Shown here one piece after another: positions 1 through 12,860 of a stretch of 64,000 nt of DNA. Position 1 is the stretch's first letter. Each line of letters begins with the position of its first letter. The notes beneath the pieces were generated by a model. The model was not told the DNA's origin. It ran no database searches and was given only the letters and a program-made list of their open reading frames with translations. This DNA comes from the human T2T-CHM13v2.0 reference genome, Homo sapiens. Made by a program: the position numbers and the translations under genes. Location: NCBI RefSeq assembly GCF_009914755.1, contig NC_060936.1; one strand, given 5' to 3'.

Positions 1-2644
1 CTACAGCCTAATAAACAGGCATAGCCAGAAGACAAAAACAGATTTTGAGAGGTATCCATCAGCTTTCAATTCCTGGGATTCTGTGAGGAAAACAGTTTTC
101 TTCCGAAAATGGGGTCCACAGCACCTTCTCTGTTTTTACCGCCAAGTCCCATGCCCTCAGAAGTTACCTTAGGGCCTCTCCTGCATGCATAAATAGTGGC
201 AAGACAAAATGGGGAAAAATAATTCAGTTGACAGAAAAACACCTTTTTCCAGAAAAACAAGATCCAGGAAGAGAAAAACAAAAAGGCCTTTAAAATATAC
301 CTATAACTTTGATATCCACTTTCAATTAAGCTGAGCATCCTTTAAGAAAATCCTTTTAAATTCCTTAGTACCCAACTTTAGCCATGCCAAGTAGCCAATA
401 TTTCTAGCTTTTGAACTTTACCAAAAGTGAAACAGGTGAAAATAACAAGCCTCAATTAAGGTTATGACTTGACCGTGAGTGTACAAAGTATTTTCAAAGA
501 GGTGGTAAGCAGTTTCTACAAAATCTAGAATCTTTAAAGGTAGCTGAGAGAAAGAATGATTCAACAAAGGAAGCCAGAAGTTATTCATGGAGAGAAAAAG
601 AATCAGCAAATGGCCAAAGTAACACAGATATTAACCAGAAAGTATCCATCCCCTAAGCCAGGATTGAACCTGCACTGCCATTGTAAAATGGCAAAGGCCA
701 AAAGAAAGTACTACCATGTGGTTACAAGATCAAGCTCCCAAGGATGTAAAACAAGATGGAGACCTGCACCAAAGCTCGTTACTGACCAGTTTGCTGGGCT
801 GGCTTGAACAGCGGGCTTTTTGGGGTCCTAGGCCTGCATTCTATCCTAAGGCATTCCTCCATGTGACAAAACCATACAGAAAGACACACACAACGCTCAC
901 CAGATTGCCTATAGCCCAAGACTGGCCTCATAAATCCTTTTTTCCATTAATCAAAATGTTACAGAGGATGTAAACAGTGACCTTTACCATTTATGTTACC
1001 AGTTTGCACAGGGAGAGACAGGCCAAAAGTCTGACTGGTAAGAACTTTTACTTTTTGCCAGCATGTCAGCCTTCTGGGTTCCCCTCCTCCAAGATCAATT
1101 TTAAGCCAAGCAGTTTAAGGTTTGAGGAAACTAATTTTTCCCAGTTTGGGGGATGCATCCGAGGAAAGCGTCCTGTGTTACAGGGACACAATTACCCATC
1201 TGTGAAGAGAGGACAGAGGAGGAAAAAGAAAAAGGAAGTTATCTCTTTTTTTTTTTTTCCAGAGGAGTCCCAGTGATTCAGGAGGTATTCAAGACTCCTG
1301 ATAGATTGAAAACTATTGGTTACCCATCTAGGAAGAGGGGAACAAGGCGTCCCTAGTCCTTTTTTCTTTCTGCGAAATATCCAGGGTATGTGAGGGAGAG
1401 AGAGAAGAGGCCCCCCTTCCTTCTTCCATCTTCATATCCCCAAGTCCCAGTAACCTCAACAGGGTGCTGCCCATGGGTGCCAATGCTGCTTTTCCCCCCA
1501 TATTAACAGGGAGTCCTAGGTGGTGATAATTACCTGCATTTAGCCATGTGCTGCCTCCTCCCTGTTTTTGGTAAGCTTTGAGTTCCCTAGACCTCATTTA
1601 TGCCATGGATACTAGCATGACCTCCATCCATGAAATGAAAGGGGGCCTAATTGGCAGGAATTCATCATGCTAAGGAAAAGCTGTGGAGCTGGTTCCTCCT
1701 CAAACAAGGGAGAGAAAAGAGTGTCTCGTGTTTAGGGGTCTGGGCCTAATAAGATGTCGTCCGAAAGGAAAAGAAACCTAAATCCTGACATGGTGGAGAA
1801 AAGGGGGAAAATAAAATAGCTTAAGTGTAGGGTGGGGAGGATGGTTTGGGGCAGCGGAAAAAAAGGAAGAAAAAAACCTCTTGCTTTATGCAAATGGGTT
1901 CTTCTAACAGGGAGAAAAACTCTTAATTGTTGAACCCTCTTCTTGGCTCAGCCAGGGGAGGAAGACTTCACGTGGCGGGAGGGGGCAGTGAATGGGAAAC
2001 GCTGGCCAGCTCTCCAGCCAGCTGCGTGGGGACTTTGGCCTCCGAGACTGCCTTGGGACCCAAGGCTCATTCCTGCCCTGCCTGGCCATTGGACAGAGCA
2101 TGCGCATGTGGCCAACTTGGCCGTGTGCCCCAGCAGGGGGCATTGGGGGGGGTGGTCAGGGAGTCATTGCTTGCCTGTGTGTCCCATATGTACACCCCTA
2201 ACCATTGAGGTGGGGGTGTGGAATGCCTGTAAGAACGAACAGAAATCACGTTGTTCTGAATTGCATATCTGATGACTGGGCCAAAGGCTCACTCTACCTA
2301 GTAATATCTGTGCAGCGTGTAATAATACCCTTAACATTATAAAAGAAGAGATAGGCACCGTGACAATCCCCCAAAAAAGAAGGAAAATGCCATAGAAAAG
2401 ATTGGATTGGAACGAGGCCGACATTCCCAACCCCCAAGAATGATGGAGGGGCGGTGTCGGGTTCCTCTCCAGCATCCTGTCCTCTGTAGCTGTGCCATTC
2501 ATTCTTAATTGGCTCACCAGAGGTTCCGTGCTGCATCTGCCTTCAGAAAAAGTCTGAGGACAAGAAGGCACAGAAAGGAAAGAGAAAGGTTTGGGACAGT
2601 CTTTGTTTACTCTTCCTCCAGGTATCCCAGGCGAGCACGCAAAC
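1..2644 (-). mobile_element. ERV1 internal region (MER61-int/HUERS-P-like), 5' part of a provirus that continues left of the window
   Basis: Abuts the LTR at 2645. The minus strand just after the LTR reads TGCGTGCTCGCCTGGGAT, 14/18 identical to the tRNA-Pro PBS TGGGGGCTCGTCCGGGAT. No intact ORFs. Confidence 0.7.
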
Positions 2645-3059
2645 TGATGCAGGATTTTTTTGTCCTTAGCTCAGCTAGATCTGTGTTCTTGTCTCATAAC
2701 CAGGAAAAATTAGGCATGCAGACACTCAAAGAGTGAGTGGTGTAGAATTTATTAAGTAAAAGGAAAGCTCTAAGCAAAGAGGGGGTCCTGAAAGCAGGTT
2801 CCTAGTTGCCCCCTTTACAGTTGAATACAAGGGGTTTTACATACAAGCTGATAAGGCTGAGTTCCCTATTTGTATAAGGCACAAATTCCTGGCAGCTCCA
2901 CCCCATTCTTCCAGTGTGCATGTGGGTCCTTAGTCCTCTGAAGGCATGTTTAGGTAAGTCCTCTATGCAAGTTCCCTTATCTGCACAAAACATGGGTTGG
3001 AGGTTCTCTGGGGACCCTTCCTTACTGTCTGCCTAAAGCAAGCTGGCTAACTCCTTTCA
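2645..3059 (-). mobile_element. ERV1 5' LTR, MER61-like
   Basis: TG...CA termini on the minus strand (TGAAAGGAGTTAGCCAGCTTGCTTTAGGCAGACAG...CCTGCATCA). AATAAA on the minus strand at ~2748-2753. Followed by a PBS. Family name is from recall. Confidence 0.7.
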
Positions 3060-3060
3060 A

Positions 3061-3496
3061 AGTTAACATCAATTGGGTGGCTTAAAACACAGAAATTTAT
3101 TCTCTCATGATTTTGGAGGTTAGCAAACTGAAATTAAGATTGAGGCCATGCTCCCTGTAGGGGTTCCGGGGGAGAATCCTTCTTTGCCCCTTCCAGCTGC
3201 TAGTGGCTGTTGGCATTTCTTGGCTTCTCTGGCTTCCACGTGGCTCCAGTTTGTCTCCGCCTTATATTCACATCACCTTCTCCAGTGTGTGTGTATCTCA
3301 AATCTCCCTCTGTTTTTATCATGTGAGTATATTTGCCATTGGGTTTAGGACTCATCTGGATAACCCAGGATGATCTCATCTCAACATATTTAACTTAGTT
3401 AAATATAGAGTCTTTTTTTCAAATAAGGTCACATTCACAGATTCTGGGGATTTGCCTCAGGACATATCTTTTGGGGCCACTATTCAACCCACTACA
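3061..3496 (-). mobile_element. MLT1 (ERVL-MaLR) LTR, 3' end cut by the ERV1 insertion
   Basis: Minus strand starts TGTAGTGGGTTGAATAGTGGCCCCAAAAGATATGTCC. Contains the typical MLT1 motif AAATAAGGTCACATTC. Confidence 0.8.
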
Positions 3497-3517
3497 TTGC
3501 CTCTTTTTGTTATTATC

Positions 3518-3967
3518 TGTTATGGGTGGAACTGCGTTCTTCTCCGCCCCTGCCAGTTTCACATATTGAAGTCCTAACTCCCAGTACTCTAGAATGTGAC
3601 CTTATTGGGAAATAGGGTTGTTGCAAATTTAATTAGTAAAGTTAAAATGAGGCCATTAAGGTGAGCTCTAAATCATATATGACTGGTATCTTTATAAAGG
3701 ATAAATTTTGACACAGACATGAACATAGGGAGAATGCCATATGAAGATTATAGGAGACAGGGGTCATGTGTCTACAAGCCAACAAGAAACCACTGGAAGT
3801 AGGTAAGCATCATGGAAAATTCTCTCTCAAAGCCCTCATAAGGAACCAACCCTGCAGACATCTTGATCTTGGTCTTCTAGCCTCCAGAATTATGAAATAA
3901 TACATTTCTATAGTTTAATCCACCCAGTTTATGTGCATCCTTATGACAGCCTTAGCAAACTAATACA
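3518..3967 (+). mobile_element. MLT1A/B-type MaLR LTR
   Basis: TGTTATGGG...GAATGTGACCTTATT...CTTCTAGCCTCCAGAA...AGCAAACTAATACA. Confidence 0.85.
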
Positions 3968-5440
3968 TTCTACATATATGAATAGCGTTTTAAATGGTGA
4001 TAATCAAATTGTGGTTTTGTAATCTATAATTAATGTTGTATTTTATCTATGAACATCCCACTGAAAGTATGCTTTTAATTTCCTACTTTATAAACAACTC
4101 GGTAATAAATATGCAACTATGTACATGCGGCATTTCTCTTTTATGGATTATCTCCTTTGAATACATTGTAAGACATGGGAATCTAGGTCCAGAACAAGAA
4201 AAAATTTCGTTACTGAACACCTTGGGAATGTGTTGCTAAATTGCTTTCCAACAAAAGCGTGATTACAATTTACCTTCCATCTGCTATCTGTTAAGTGATT
4301 TCTATACGTTTTCACCAGCATTTGACATTATCATTTGAAGTGCTGTCACACACATTTTGAAGATACATTCAAATTTATTCTTGAGGAGGGGAGGGGTAAC
4401 AAAAAATACTATAAATTTGGTTGTAACTTTTTTTCTGTCTCTTGCATTCAGGCGGTCACCAGAGGAAATTAGTCAGTGCCTTTAGGCTACACTTAGCTTA
4501 ACACATTTCATTAAAGAGCCCAGTAGTAGAGAATTCAAGATGGGTGTTATTATTTTAATTTCATGAAATCACTCCTTAATTCTAACTTTCAAAAGTCAAA
4601 TTTTATTTCTTTAATTGCATGTGGATTGTTATAATGAGGAGAATCAGAACAGCTTATAGGACAATATTTCTTTTCTATTTTTCTTAACACACCATATTTA
4701 TTTGGAAATTTACCTCCTACATTGTCCAGGGAATTAGGATGGGCGTTGGCCGTTTTTCAGCACTTCCTGGTTGAGGCCAAGGGCTCCACTCACGTGCCTG
4801 TCCATCCCTCTACAAGGCTTCCCTGGCAGCTTGTTTTTCCGTTTAAAATTTAACAATGACCAAATCCCAAAAAAGCTACCAGGCTAAGAAATGAAACATC
4901 TTTTTTTCTTTTAAGTCCGGAGAAGTGCTGCTGAGCACAGCTGGCTCACTGCTGTTTCTGTGGCCCCCATCTCTGATCCTTTCTAGTCTCCTACCCACCC
5001 CCACCCCACCATAGGCAGGCAGAGCCGGATTTCTGCCCTTCAAACCCCGAGTGTGAGGAAGCCTCACCTGAAGTCCTCGCATCACCCTCCACCCTCACGC
5101 CCTTGGGTTTTAAAAAGCCACTGCGTTCGTGGGTCACTGCAGGGCGCCTCCGCAATGTCTTTAGCAGATACAAGAGCATCCCTCCCACGGGATGTGCAGT
5201 GTAGTCAAGCTGAGTAAACTGGGATTTTTGGCTGCCTTTTCTGCTAGGGTGGGTGGGGAAAGGTATGTCCCCCAAGCGTTCAGTTCAGACTAGAACCTTT
5301 GAATCTCTCTCCTGTCTCGGTCTCTCCCTCCACCCCCCTACCCCGCCACCTTTCACGGTGTGGGAGTTCTCCTTTCCCACACCAGAGAGGGGCGCCTTTC
5401 TAGCTTCCTTGTCCCCTCGCCCACTGATTAAAAAATGGAG

Positions 5441-5524
5441 GAAAAAACCAACCCCAAAACCCAAAACAAAACAAAACAAAAGCCCCAAACAAACAAACAA
5501 ACCAAACCCACCGAAACCAAAACC
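5441..5524 (+). repeat. A/C-rich (CAAA/CAAAA)n low-complexity tract
   Basis: AAAACCCAAAACAAAACAAAACAAAAGCCCCAAACAAACAAACAAACC, directly upstream of the CpG island. Confidence 0.85.
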
Positions 5525-5559
5525 AACTCCCCTCCCCCAAACCACACAAATGCGGGAGT

Positions 5560-6660
5560 CATAGCCAGTGGATCCGCTGGTGCTGAACGAATGGAAGCGC
5601 GGGGCGGGCCTGCGCGCGCGGCCGCCCTGCCCACGATGCTGTCGCCCCCGCGACCTGTAGGGCCTTCGCTGGCCCCTCACCCTCCTCCCGCCCCGGGCTG
5701 AGGCTGCCGCCGGTTTCGCGCCCAGTGCCGAGGCAGCGGCGGAGCCGGGGAAGGTCGGAGGGAGGGTGGTTTCCTCCCGCCCCACACCCAGTCTCCGAGC
5801 CGGATATATAGAGTGTCACGTTTGGGAGCCGAAAGACTGGAGCCGTTTCCTTGTGGCTGGAGCGCTTCCCGTAGCCTCGGGGAAGGAGCAGGATTTAGAG
5901 GACCACTAGTTGGACCCCATCCTCGTGCTGGAGGAACAGGTATTCCAGGGTCCCCAGCCCTGGCGCTCGCAGAGCCCACGCGCTCCAAAAGCAGAGACCG
6001 GACTGGGGGTGGCCCAGGAGGGAGGGCTCGGCTGGGTTCGCAGGGCGGGGCGGTTCCCGGCGGGACCTCGAGGAGGGTGGGTGTGAGGCCGGGTGGGAGG
6101 AGAGAAGCATTTGCGGAGGCTCTGCCCCCTGAAGCTGCCCCCGGCTGCACCCCAATCGTCACCGGCCGTTTACGCGCGGTTGGCGTCGGCGGAGCCCGCC
6201 AAGGTGGGGCGCGCGGGGGTTGCAAAGGGCAGAAAGCCGGGAAGGACCCAGCAAGGTTAATGTGGGGGGCCGCGCCTTGGGGACTGGGGACCCGGGAAGA
6301 GAGGCGCGGGGCCGAGTCCCACCCAGGCCTCCTGGGCCCTTGGGGCTATTCCTGGAGAGAGCGCGAAAATGCCGGGGCCACGTGTGAAACGGCAGCGGTC
6401 CTAGGTCCCCTCCCGGTGCCTGGGACCGCCAGGGCGCCCAGTCCTGGTCCCCGGAGCAGGTCCTCGCCAGCCCCCAGCCCCACCCCAGGCTGCGCACGTC
6501 CCTACCCTCCCACCTGGGCCTCGCCGGGGTCGTGGCTGACGCGCGCTGGGGCGACTGGTGAGGCCAGGGCGGGCTTTGCCCCTGTAGGAAGTTTTAGACA
6601 TCTTCCTGCGGCCTGGGCATCCTGGGGGTGTGCAGGGGAGCAGGTGCCAGCAGACTCCCA
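5560..6660 (+). promoter_or_regulatory. CpG-island promoter with GC boxes and a TATA-like element
   Basis: Very high GC and CpG density against a CpG-poor background. Sp1-type boxes at 5601-5610, 5687-5694 and 5776-5783; TATATAG at 5805-5811. Confidence 0.9.
5810..5939 (+). other. FAR2: Non-coding first exon (5'UTR) of a gene with a >58-kb first intron; tentatively FAR2
   Basis: Lies in the CpG island, contains no ATG, and ends at a CAG|GTATTC donor (GT 5940-5941). The gene name is recall of the FAR2 mRNA leader (...CCTCGTGCTGGAGGAACAG) and cannot be confirmed by CDS here. The 5' end is approximate. Confidence 0.55.
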
Positions 6661-7986
6661 ACTGGAGTAGATGGCTTGCAGGAAGGCTGCTCAACACTCC
6701 TAGCAAGTAGAATTACCCGCGGGGCAGTCTCAGTCTATTAAAACAATTCATGCCCAATCGTATCCTACAAACCAGAGGAAGGCGTCTCACCTGCCAGCGG
6801 TGGCACCATTTCTTCCACGGTTGAGTTATGTGGTGTGAGCAACCAAGGTTATCGCTGGATCTGCAAGAGTTTGGCCACTCGTTGAATCACGTAAAGTGCC
6901 CCCATTATGTGATGAGCAAGGACAGAGTAGGGTCAGAAAAGTGACCAGGGAATTCAGGTAGATCGTGCTTTTCTGTTTGCTAGGTCGAGAGAAATTTGAC
7001 ACTGGGCAAATGGAAATTTGAGAATTACCCCGTGGTTTCAATTACCCATCTCTGTATATTCCCATTTATAAGAGCTGGAGATTTGACTGACAGGTGTAGT
7101 TAGTCCAAAATTTAGAAAGGGGGGCAAGGGACTAAATAAAAACTTAAGGCAGCCACCTAAACTGCAAGAGCAGGCATTTCCGCAGAAGGGATATTTGTGT
7201 GTGAGACTTCTAGGAGATGGGCATGAGGTTTTTACCAGGCCGACGCGTGTGTCAATATTTCATCGGTAGTATTTCTCAGGATCCACGTCTTTACAGTACT
7301 CTTTTCCTAATTCTGAGGGCTGCTTCTGCCCCTGCTGTATTAACAAATTCCTCACTTACTCCTATTTCTAACATTGGGCTATAATTATCTATAAAAGAGA
7401 TGTAAATCACCATGAGTTGGTAAATCATACAGCTATTAGAGAAATTAAAGTAAATGAAAATATGCTTTCCTTAAAGGAAGCTAAAATGTGACATCCAGTT
7501 ACAGAGGAAGAGGGAGAGGTTGAAAATAAATAAAATGGCTTATATTAGGGTATCACTTTGGGGTTTATAAAGCATATGATCATCTTGACCATCTCACCAT
7601 CTGCTTTCCTATCTCCTGAGGAAGAAGCATTCTTGAGTGCATTTGTTTCTGGCAACGTCTCATCAGTGTTAAGAATTCCTTGATTTTGCATTAATTCCCA
7701 TGCACTCATGAAAACTTACTTATTCACAAATATAGCCTTGTGAAGGATCATGCACAGTGACCACCAGCATGCTTGTCCCTACCAATATATTCTGACATTG
7801 TAGGCTCTGTTGGAACATGTATTACCTTTGAAGAGGGTAACAGACCAATTTGAGAATCTGATGAAAGCTATGGAATATGAAAGACAAATGCATACATATT
7901 AACACAAAATTCCACCTACAATTTCAGGAGTTCATGGCCTCCTTGATGCCCAGCCTCCTACATTCTAGATGTCCAGAGGCTCCAGG

Positions 7987-8155
7987 CAGGGCCAGCTTCA
8001 TGGAAATACAAAACTGCAACCGCACAGGGCCTTGCACTTGGAAGGGCCCTGCGTTTGGTAATGTTCTGCTATCACCGTCTGCTGGCTTAATAATTTTCAA
8101 AGAGGCTCTGGATCTTCATTTTGAACTGGGTCCTACAAATTATATCCTGACCCCA
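7987..8155 (+). mobile_element. MER45A-like hAT MITE
   Basis: CAGGGCCAGCTTCATGG...CACAGGGCC...GAAGGGCCC...TTCATTTTGAACTGGGTCCTACAAATTAT. Confidence 0.7.
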
Positions 8156-9580
8156 GGCTGACAAACTTGGTCTAAAACTAACCAAATAACAGTGTTTGAA
8201 CAGCAATCCCACATTTACGGTGAGTTCTCCAGTACAAACCTGAAATTTATCTGCTGCTCACTTAGGTGCTCTTGGACATGTCATTCAGTCTTCCTACATT
8301 TCAGTTTCCTCATTGACAAAATAAAGACAACAGATGACACCTTCTACTTTCTTTATTTTCAAGGTTGTACTATCTCTAAGTAAAAAGAGGTAATAATTGT
8401 AAAAAATGTCTACTTGCTGTGAATAGTTCTTTTCTAAAAAATATGCTGTTGTTGAAGGGTTAAACTTTGCCCTCCATTTTTCAGAAGTAGCTTGAGGAAG
8501 GTTGATTGAGCACACTGAAAAGACTGTAGAACCTTTCTGACCCTTATAGTTTGGTGGAAAATAAAACAAAAAGTAGGCAAGTATTCAGTGTGTTAAATAC
8601 TCCTGAAATATCATTATTTGGACAAAATTAGAATTTTCAACTAAAGGTGCAGAATAACTTCTTGGATCCCAAAGGTAGTTATTGAATTAAATTAATGTTT
8701 GGGTCTAATTCATCCAAACGTCGAACGGTGAGAAAATGAGCCAATGGCTGAAATTTTTTGAGGGGGTAATCCTTTTTGTTTCATTTAATTTAAAAAATCT
8801 GTAAGTTCAAAAGTTTGATCAAGTCATCCTTTAAAATATCCTAGGAAATGCCAAATCAATTTAAAGTACACCTAGTCTCTTGCCAAATACACCTAGTGAC
8901 CTTTTGTAACTCTGGTGCCTCTTAAAGAGGAACTGAGAAGACAGGCAAGTCCTCTGTCCCCAGACTCCTCCCTTAACTACTCTCTGACCTCAAAACTTAT
9001 CTTTATTCCAGCTGTCCTTGTTAGCATGATGGCAATACACTCAGAACCACTGAGGAATAAAATAGTGTGAAAGGGAATTGATCAAACTCCTTTATTAAGG
9101 TCTTCTAATGGCACTAGAAGGGATGAATGGAGATTCGTTCTTCATGCAATTACTCTGTGCAGGGGCATGCAGTGTACTTTAGGATACAAAGTAACAGTTC
9201 CTGTATTCAGTAAACTTATGACATCATTAGTAAGACAAATATGTCAATATAAGGTATTAATTTAAAATAGCAAATAAGTAGTTACAAGGCAATAGAAGAT
9301 TTGGCACCAAATGAGTGGTGCAGAAAATAAGTGCAATTAATACCCAAGAAGAGAATAAAATAAGCTGAAATGCTGAGGGAAGCATAAGAGGAAAGGCACT
9401 TAGAGATAGCCCTTAAAGTTCTGCAACAGAGATGAACAAACAAGACTTTTGGGTGCCCAGGGACCACAGTGGCACTTTGGGGTGGGAACTGTGCAGAAAA
9501 GGAATATCTGGATGCAGCTGAAGTTTTATGTAAGGAAAAGGCTGGAGATAAGTCTGTAACAGAAATTCCCTCTAGCTAGC

Positions 9581-10370
9581 TTCATTCATGTAATAAATAA
9601 TTAGGCCCATTCTGTGACCAGACACTGTGCCAGCTTTTCCACATTTGGTGTTGAACAAAGCAGATGTGTTCCCTATTTTTTTGGAACCTACAGATATTTA
9701 CAAAATAAACATGTAGGAATACATTGTGGGAAGTAGCGTGGAGAAGAACAGAATGCTGTAAGAAAAAAATCAGGGGCACTGACTCCGTTTTGGTGTTCTG
9801 AGAAGGCTTGCTCTTTGACAAAGAAAGATTTCAATTGCTATTGGAAAGAAGCATAGGGGTTAACTTGACTAAAAAAAAAATCAACAAAGAGAAAAAGCAG
9901 TCTGGGCACAGGAAATTGCAAATGGGAAGGTCTTAAGAGAAAACGCTTGCAGCATTCAGGGGACAGAGAGAAGGCAGGCCTTGTGACTGCACTTAGGTGA
10001 GGGCGCTGCTGAGAGGCAGGACACCAGTTGGAGAGGGGAGCAGGTGGCTGGTCATGCCCAAATTCACAGGTGTTGATAAAGATCTTGAATTTAATTTGAG
10101 TGGGTTGCCATTGAAGACTTTTAAGCCAGAGACTGTTCTAATTTCTATTTTGAGGAACTCTTTATGTAGACAATAAGGAGAGTGAACTGGAGGGATAAAG
10201 GATTGGAGGTAGGAAGACCAGGGAGGACAGAGCGCAGGTGAGAGTACTGTCAGGGAGGAGGGAGAGAAGTGCACAGACTTGAGGTGTGTTTTGAGAGTTG
10301 GATTGACATGTCTTGGTGATAGATTGGATATGGGAGGTGGGAGAGGCAGAAAGAAGAGTGGGAATGAATT
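9581..10370 (-). mobile_element. L2 LINE 3' fragment
   Basis: TTCATTCA tail followed by CCAGACACTGTGC and a purine-rich L2 antisense body. Confidence 0.65.
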
Positions 10371-10931
10371 CATTTAATAGATACTGCTAAATGCTTATAA
10401 TCCAAAACAGTAGGCTCAGATGCATATGATTTAGAGATGCCGTAAGAAGAACTGAAAAATAAAACAAAAACTGATCGCCCTGGTTATTACCTCTGGAAAA
10501 GTATACTGGCTGCTGGGATGGGGTGAGAGAAAGGAGGGAGGAGATTTTTGCTTTTCATACTATCCTCTCTACTGTTTGAATGATTTTTAAAATCATGCTT
10601 GCATTTTATAATTTTTTAAAAAGTTATCAGCATGACAGATATAGCTCCTGTCTTTCTGACTTGAGCACATAGATGGAATATGGTGTAATTTCCTAAAATG
10701 AGAAAAATTAGGGAAGAAAGATCTGATCCTCTCCGAAATAATTATTCCAAAACATAATTTACTCCCCTGCTTAAAACCCTGTCATTCCTCTGCCTTGTCT
10801 ATAGCAGTTTTTCCTAAACTGCAGTCTATGAATTATTATTTTCTTGGGATATTAACAGTTAAGTAAAGGAAGAAAAGCTTCCCTGATGATATGACTTTGA
10901 GAAACTCTTGATTTAACCTACTTAACCAGTT

Positions 10932-11246
10932 GTGGTTTTGTTTTTGTTTTTTTTTTTGTTTTGTTTTGTTTTTTGAGACAGAGTCTCTCTCTCTTGCCCA
11001 GGCTGGAGTGCAGTGGTGTGATCTCAGCTCACTGCAAGCTCCGCCTCCCAGGTTCATGCCATCCTCCTGCCTCAGCCTCCTGAGTAGCTGGGACTATAGG
11101 CGCCCACCACCACGCCTGGCTAATTTTTGTATTTTTAGTAGAGACGGGGTTTCACCGTGTTAGCCAGGATGGTCTCGATCTCCTGACCTTGTGATCCGCC
11201 TGCCTCAAAGTGCTGGGATTACAGGCGTGAGCCACCGCACTGGGCC
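10932..11246 (-). mobile_element. AluY with a small internal deletion
   Basis: AluY diagnostics (GCAAGCTCCGCC, GTTAGCCAGGATGGTCTCGATCTCC). 15-bp TSD CCTACTTAACCAGTT at 10917-10931 and 11247-11261. Confidence 0.95.
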
Positions 11247-12024
11247 CCTACTTAACCAGTTTTATTGCAGGAATCCTCAGAGCATGCATGTCCTAATGCA
11301 TGTTAATAATTATCAAGAAAAGAGAGATCTTTTATGCTACATTTCCTAAACTTGACGTTGAAATGCTTTTCCAGCAGAACATCTAAGAGAGCCAGCATTC
11401 AGCATATCACGCTTTGGGAAATGCTGTCCTATATTAATAGATTAAACCTTTTAACATCTACAGTTCTCTATTAACCATAAGCTTCTCTCATCTCTTTAAT
11501 CCTACTTAGTTGGTGGAAAGCGGGGGACTGGAATTGACTCTGTTAATAGGCATTAAGTTGATGATGAAAACAACCCTGCTCTGTGGATGATATTCAGAAA
11601 CAGGATCTGCAGTCTGATTAAAAGCAAAATTGTTTTTCATTTCTACTTCTTTGGCAAGGTTCTGCAGGACCTCATCAAGATACATTTTGTGAAGTCTCTG
11701 TTTCATACATGTGACCTGAGGCATAAACAATGGGGAAGACTCCCCAGGGCCTCTTAGGTCCCGTGGTAGGCCTGGGCCTTATCTGATCTTTGTAAGCCAT
11801 CCCCTGCAGGGCAATACAGTGTGACTACATAGGGCATCTGTAGGAACATTGGTTTTTGAGTCTCATATATCCACTTCCTGGATCCCCATGCATTTGCATG
11901 GTGGTAGGCTGGAAGCAGAAATGCAACTTATGGCCAAAGAACAGTGCAGCAGAGCATAATGGAAGAAACAGGTTCACACAGCTGTAGAATTCTTCCTTGG
12001 CTTCATCAGCTCTGTGTTCCAGCC

Positions 12025-12359
12025 CAGGGGTCAGCAGCTTTGGCCCAAGGCTGAAATCTGGCCCCTGCCTTTTTGTTTATTCTTTGAACTAAGAATGGTT
12101 CTTATATTTTTAAAACTTAGAAAAAATCAAAAGAATAATATTCTGTGACATGGGAAAAATTATAGGAAATTTAACGTATATGAAATTTAACCTTCAGTGT
12201 CTATAAATAAAGTTTTATCAGAAAACAGCTTGTATCATTCGTCTAGTCATCCCTATTGGCTATGACTGCTTTAGTGCCCTAACCAATCAATTATTATGAC
12301 CTTTAAATCCTAATATATTTACCTTGTGGTCCTTTACAGAAAATGTTTGTTGACCCCTG
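12025..12359. mobile_element. MER58B-like hAT-Charlie element
   Basis: Terminal inverted repeats CAGGGGTCAGCA ... TGTTGACCCCTG, with internal GTGTCTATAAATAAAGTTTTAT. Confidence 0.75.
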
Positions 12360-12491
12360 CTCTAAGGCTATGAAACTCACCTGCCATAGGTAATCTTAAT
12401 TGTTTTGTTTTTCATTTATTTAATTTATGAGGGGATAGAAATAAAATAGTTAAATTGACTTCCTAGTAGGTCCTCAAACATTATTGGCATT

Positions 12492-12860
12492 CAGGCACAG
12501 AAAGAGAAATACTGCATCATCTCATTTTTAGGTGGAATCTAAACATATTGAACTCATAAATAAAAGTAGAGAGAAGAATGGTGGTTACTAGAGGTTGAAG
12601 GCAAAAAGTGGTAGGGGTGCAGGGTGTGGGGAGGTGGGGGGAAGTTACTGGTCAAAGGGTTCAAATTTTCAGTTAGGCAGGAGGCATTCGTTTTGAGATC
12701 TACTGCACAGCGGAATGACTATAGTCAATGATAATGTACATTTAAAAATAACTAAGTAAATTTCAAATGTCTCACCAAAAAAAAGATAAGTGATGGCTAC
12801 TGTATCCTCTGAATGTATGAAATTATAACTTGTAAATTTAAAATAATATTAATTTTAAAA
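12492..12860 (+). mobile_element. Old L1 (L1MA/MB) 3' end
   Basis: CAGGCACAGAAAGAGAAATACTGCATCATCTCA...GTGGAATCT...AGAATGGTGGTTACTAGAGG. Confidence 0.75.

Noticed and set aside
5805-5811. TATATAG as a definitive TATA box
   Set aside because: It may overlap the start site instead of lying ~30 bp upstream. The TSS cannot be fixed without CAGE data.
5813-6670. 285-aa ORF and overlapping ORFs in the CpG island
   Set aside because: Non-ATG start, G/P/A/R-rich low complexity, and it crosses the exon-1 donor. This is expected from stop-poor GC-rich DNA.
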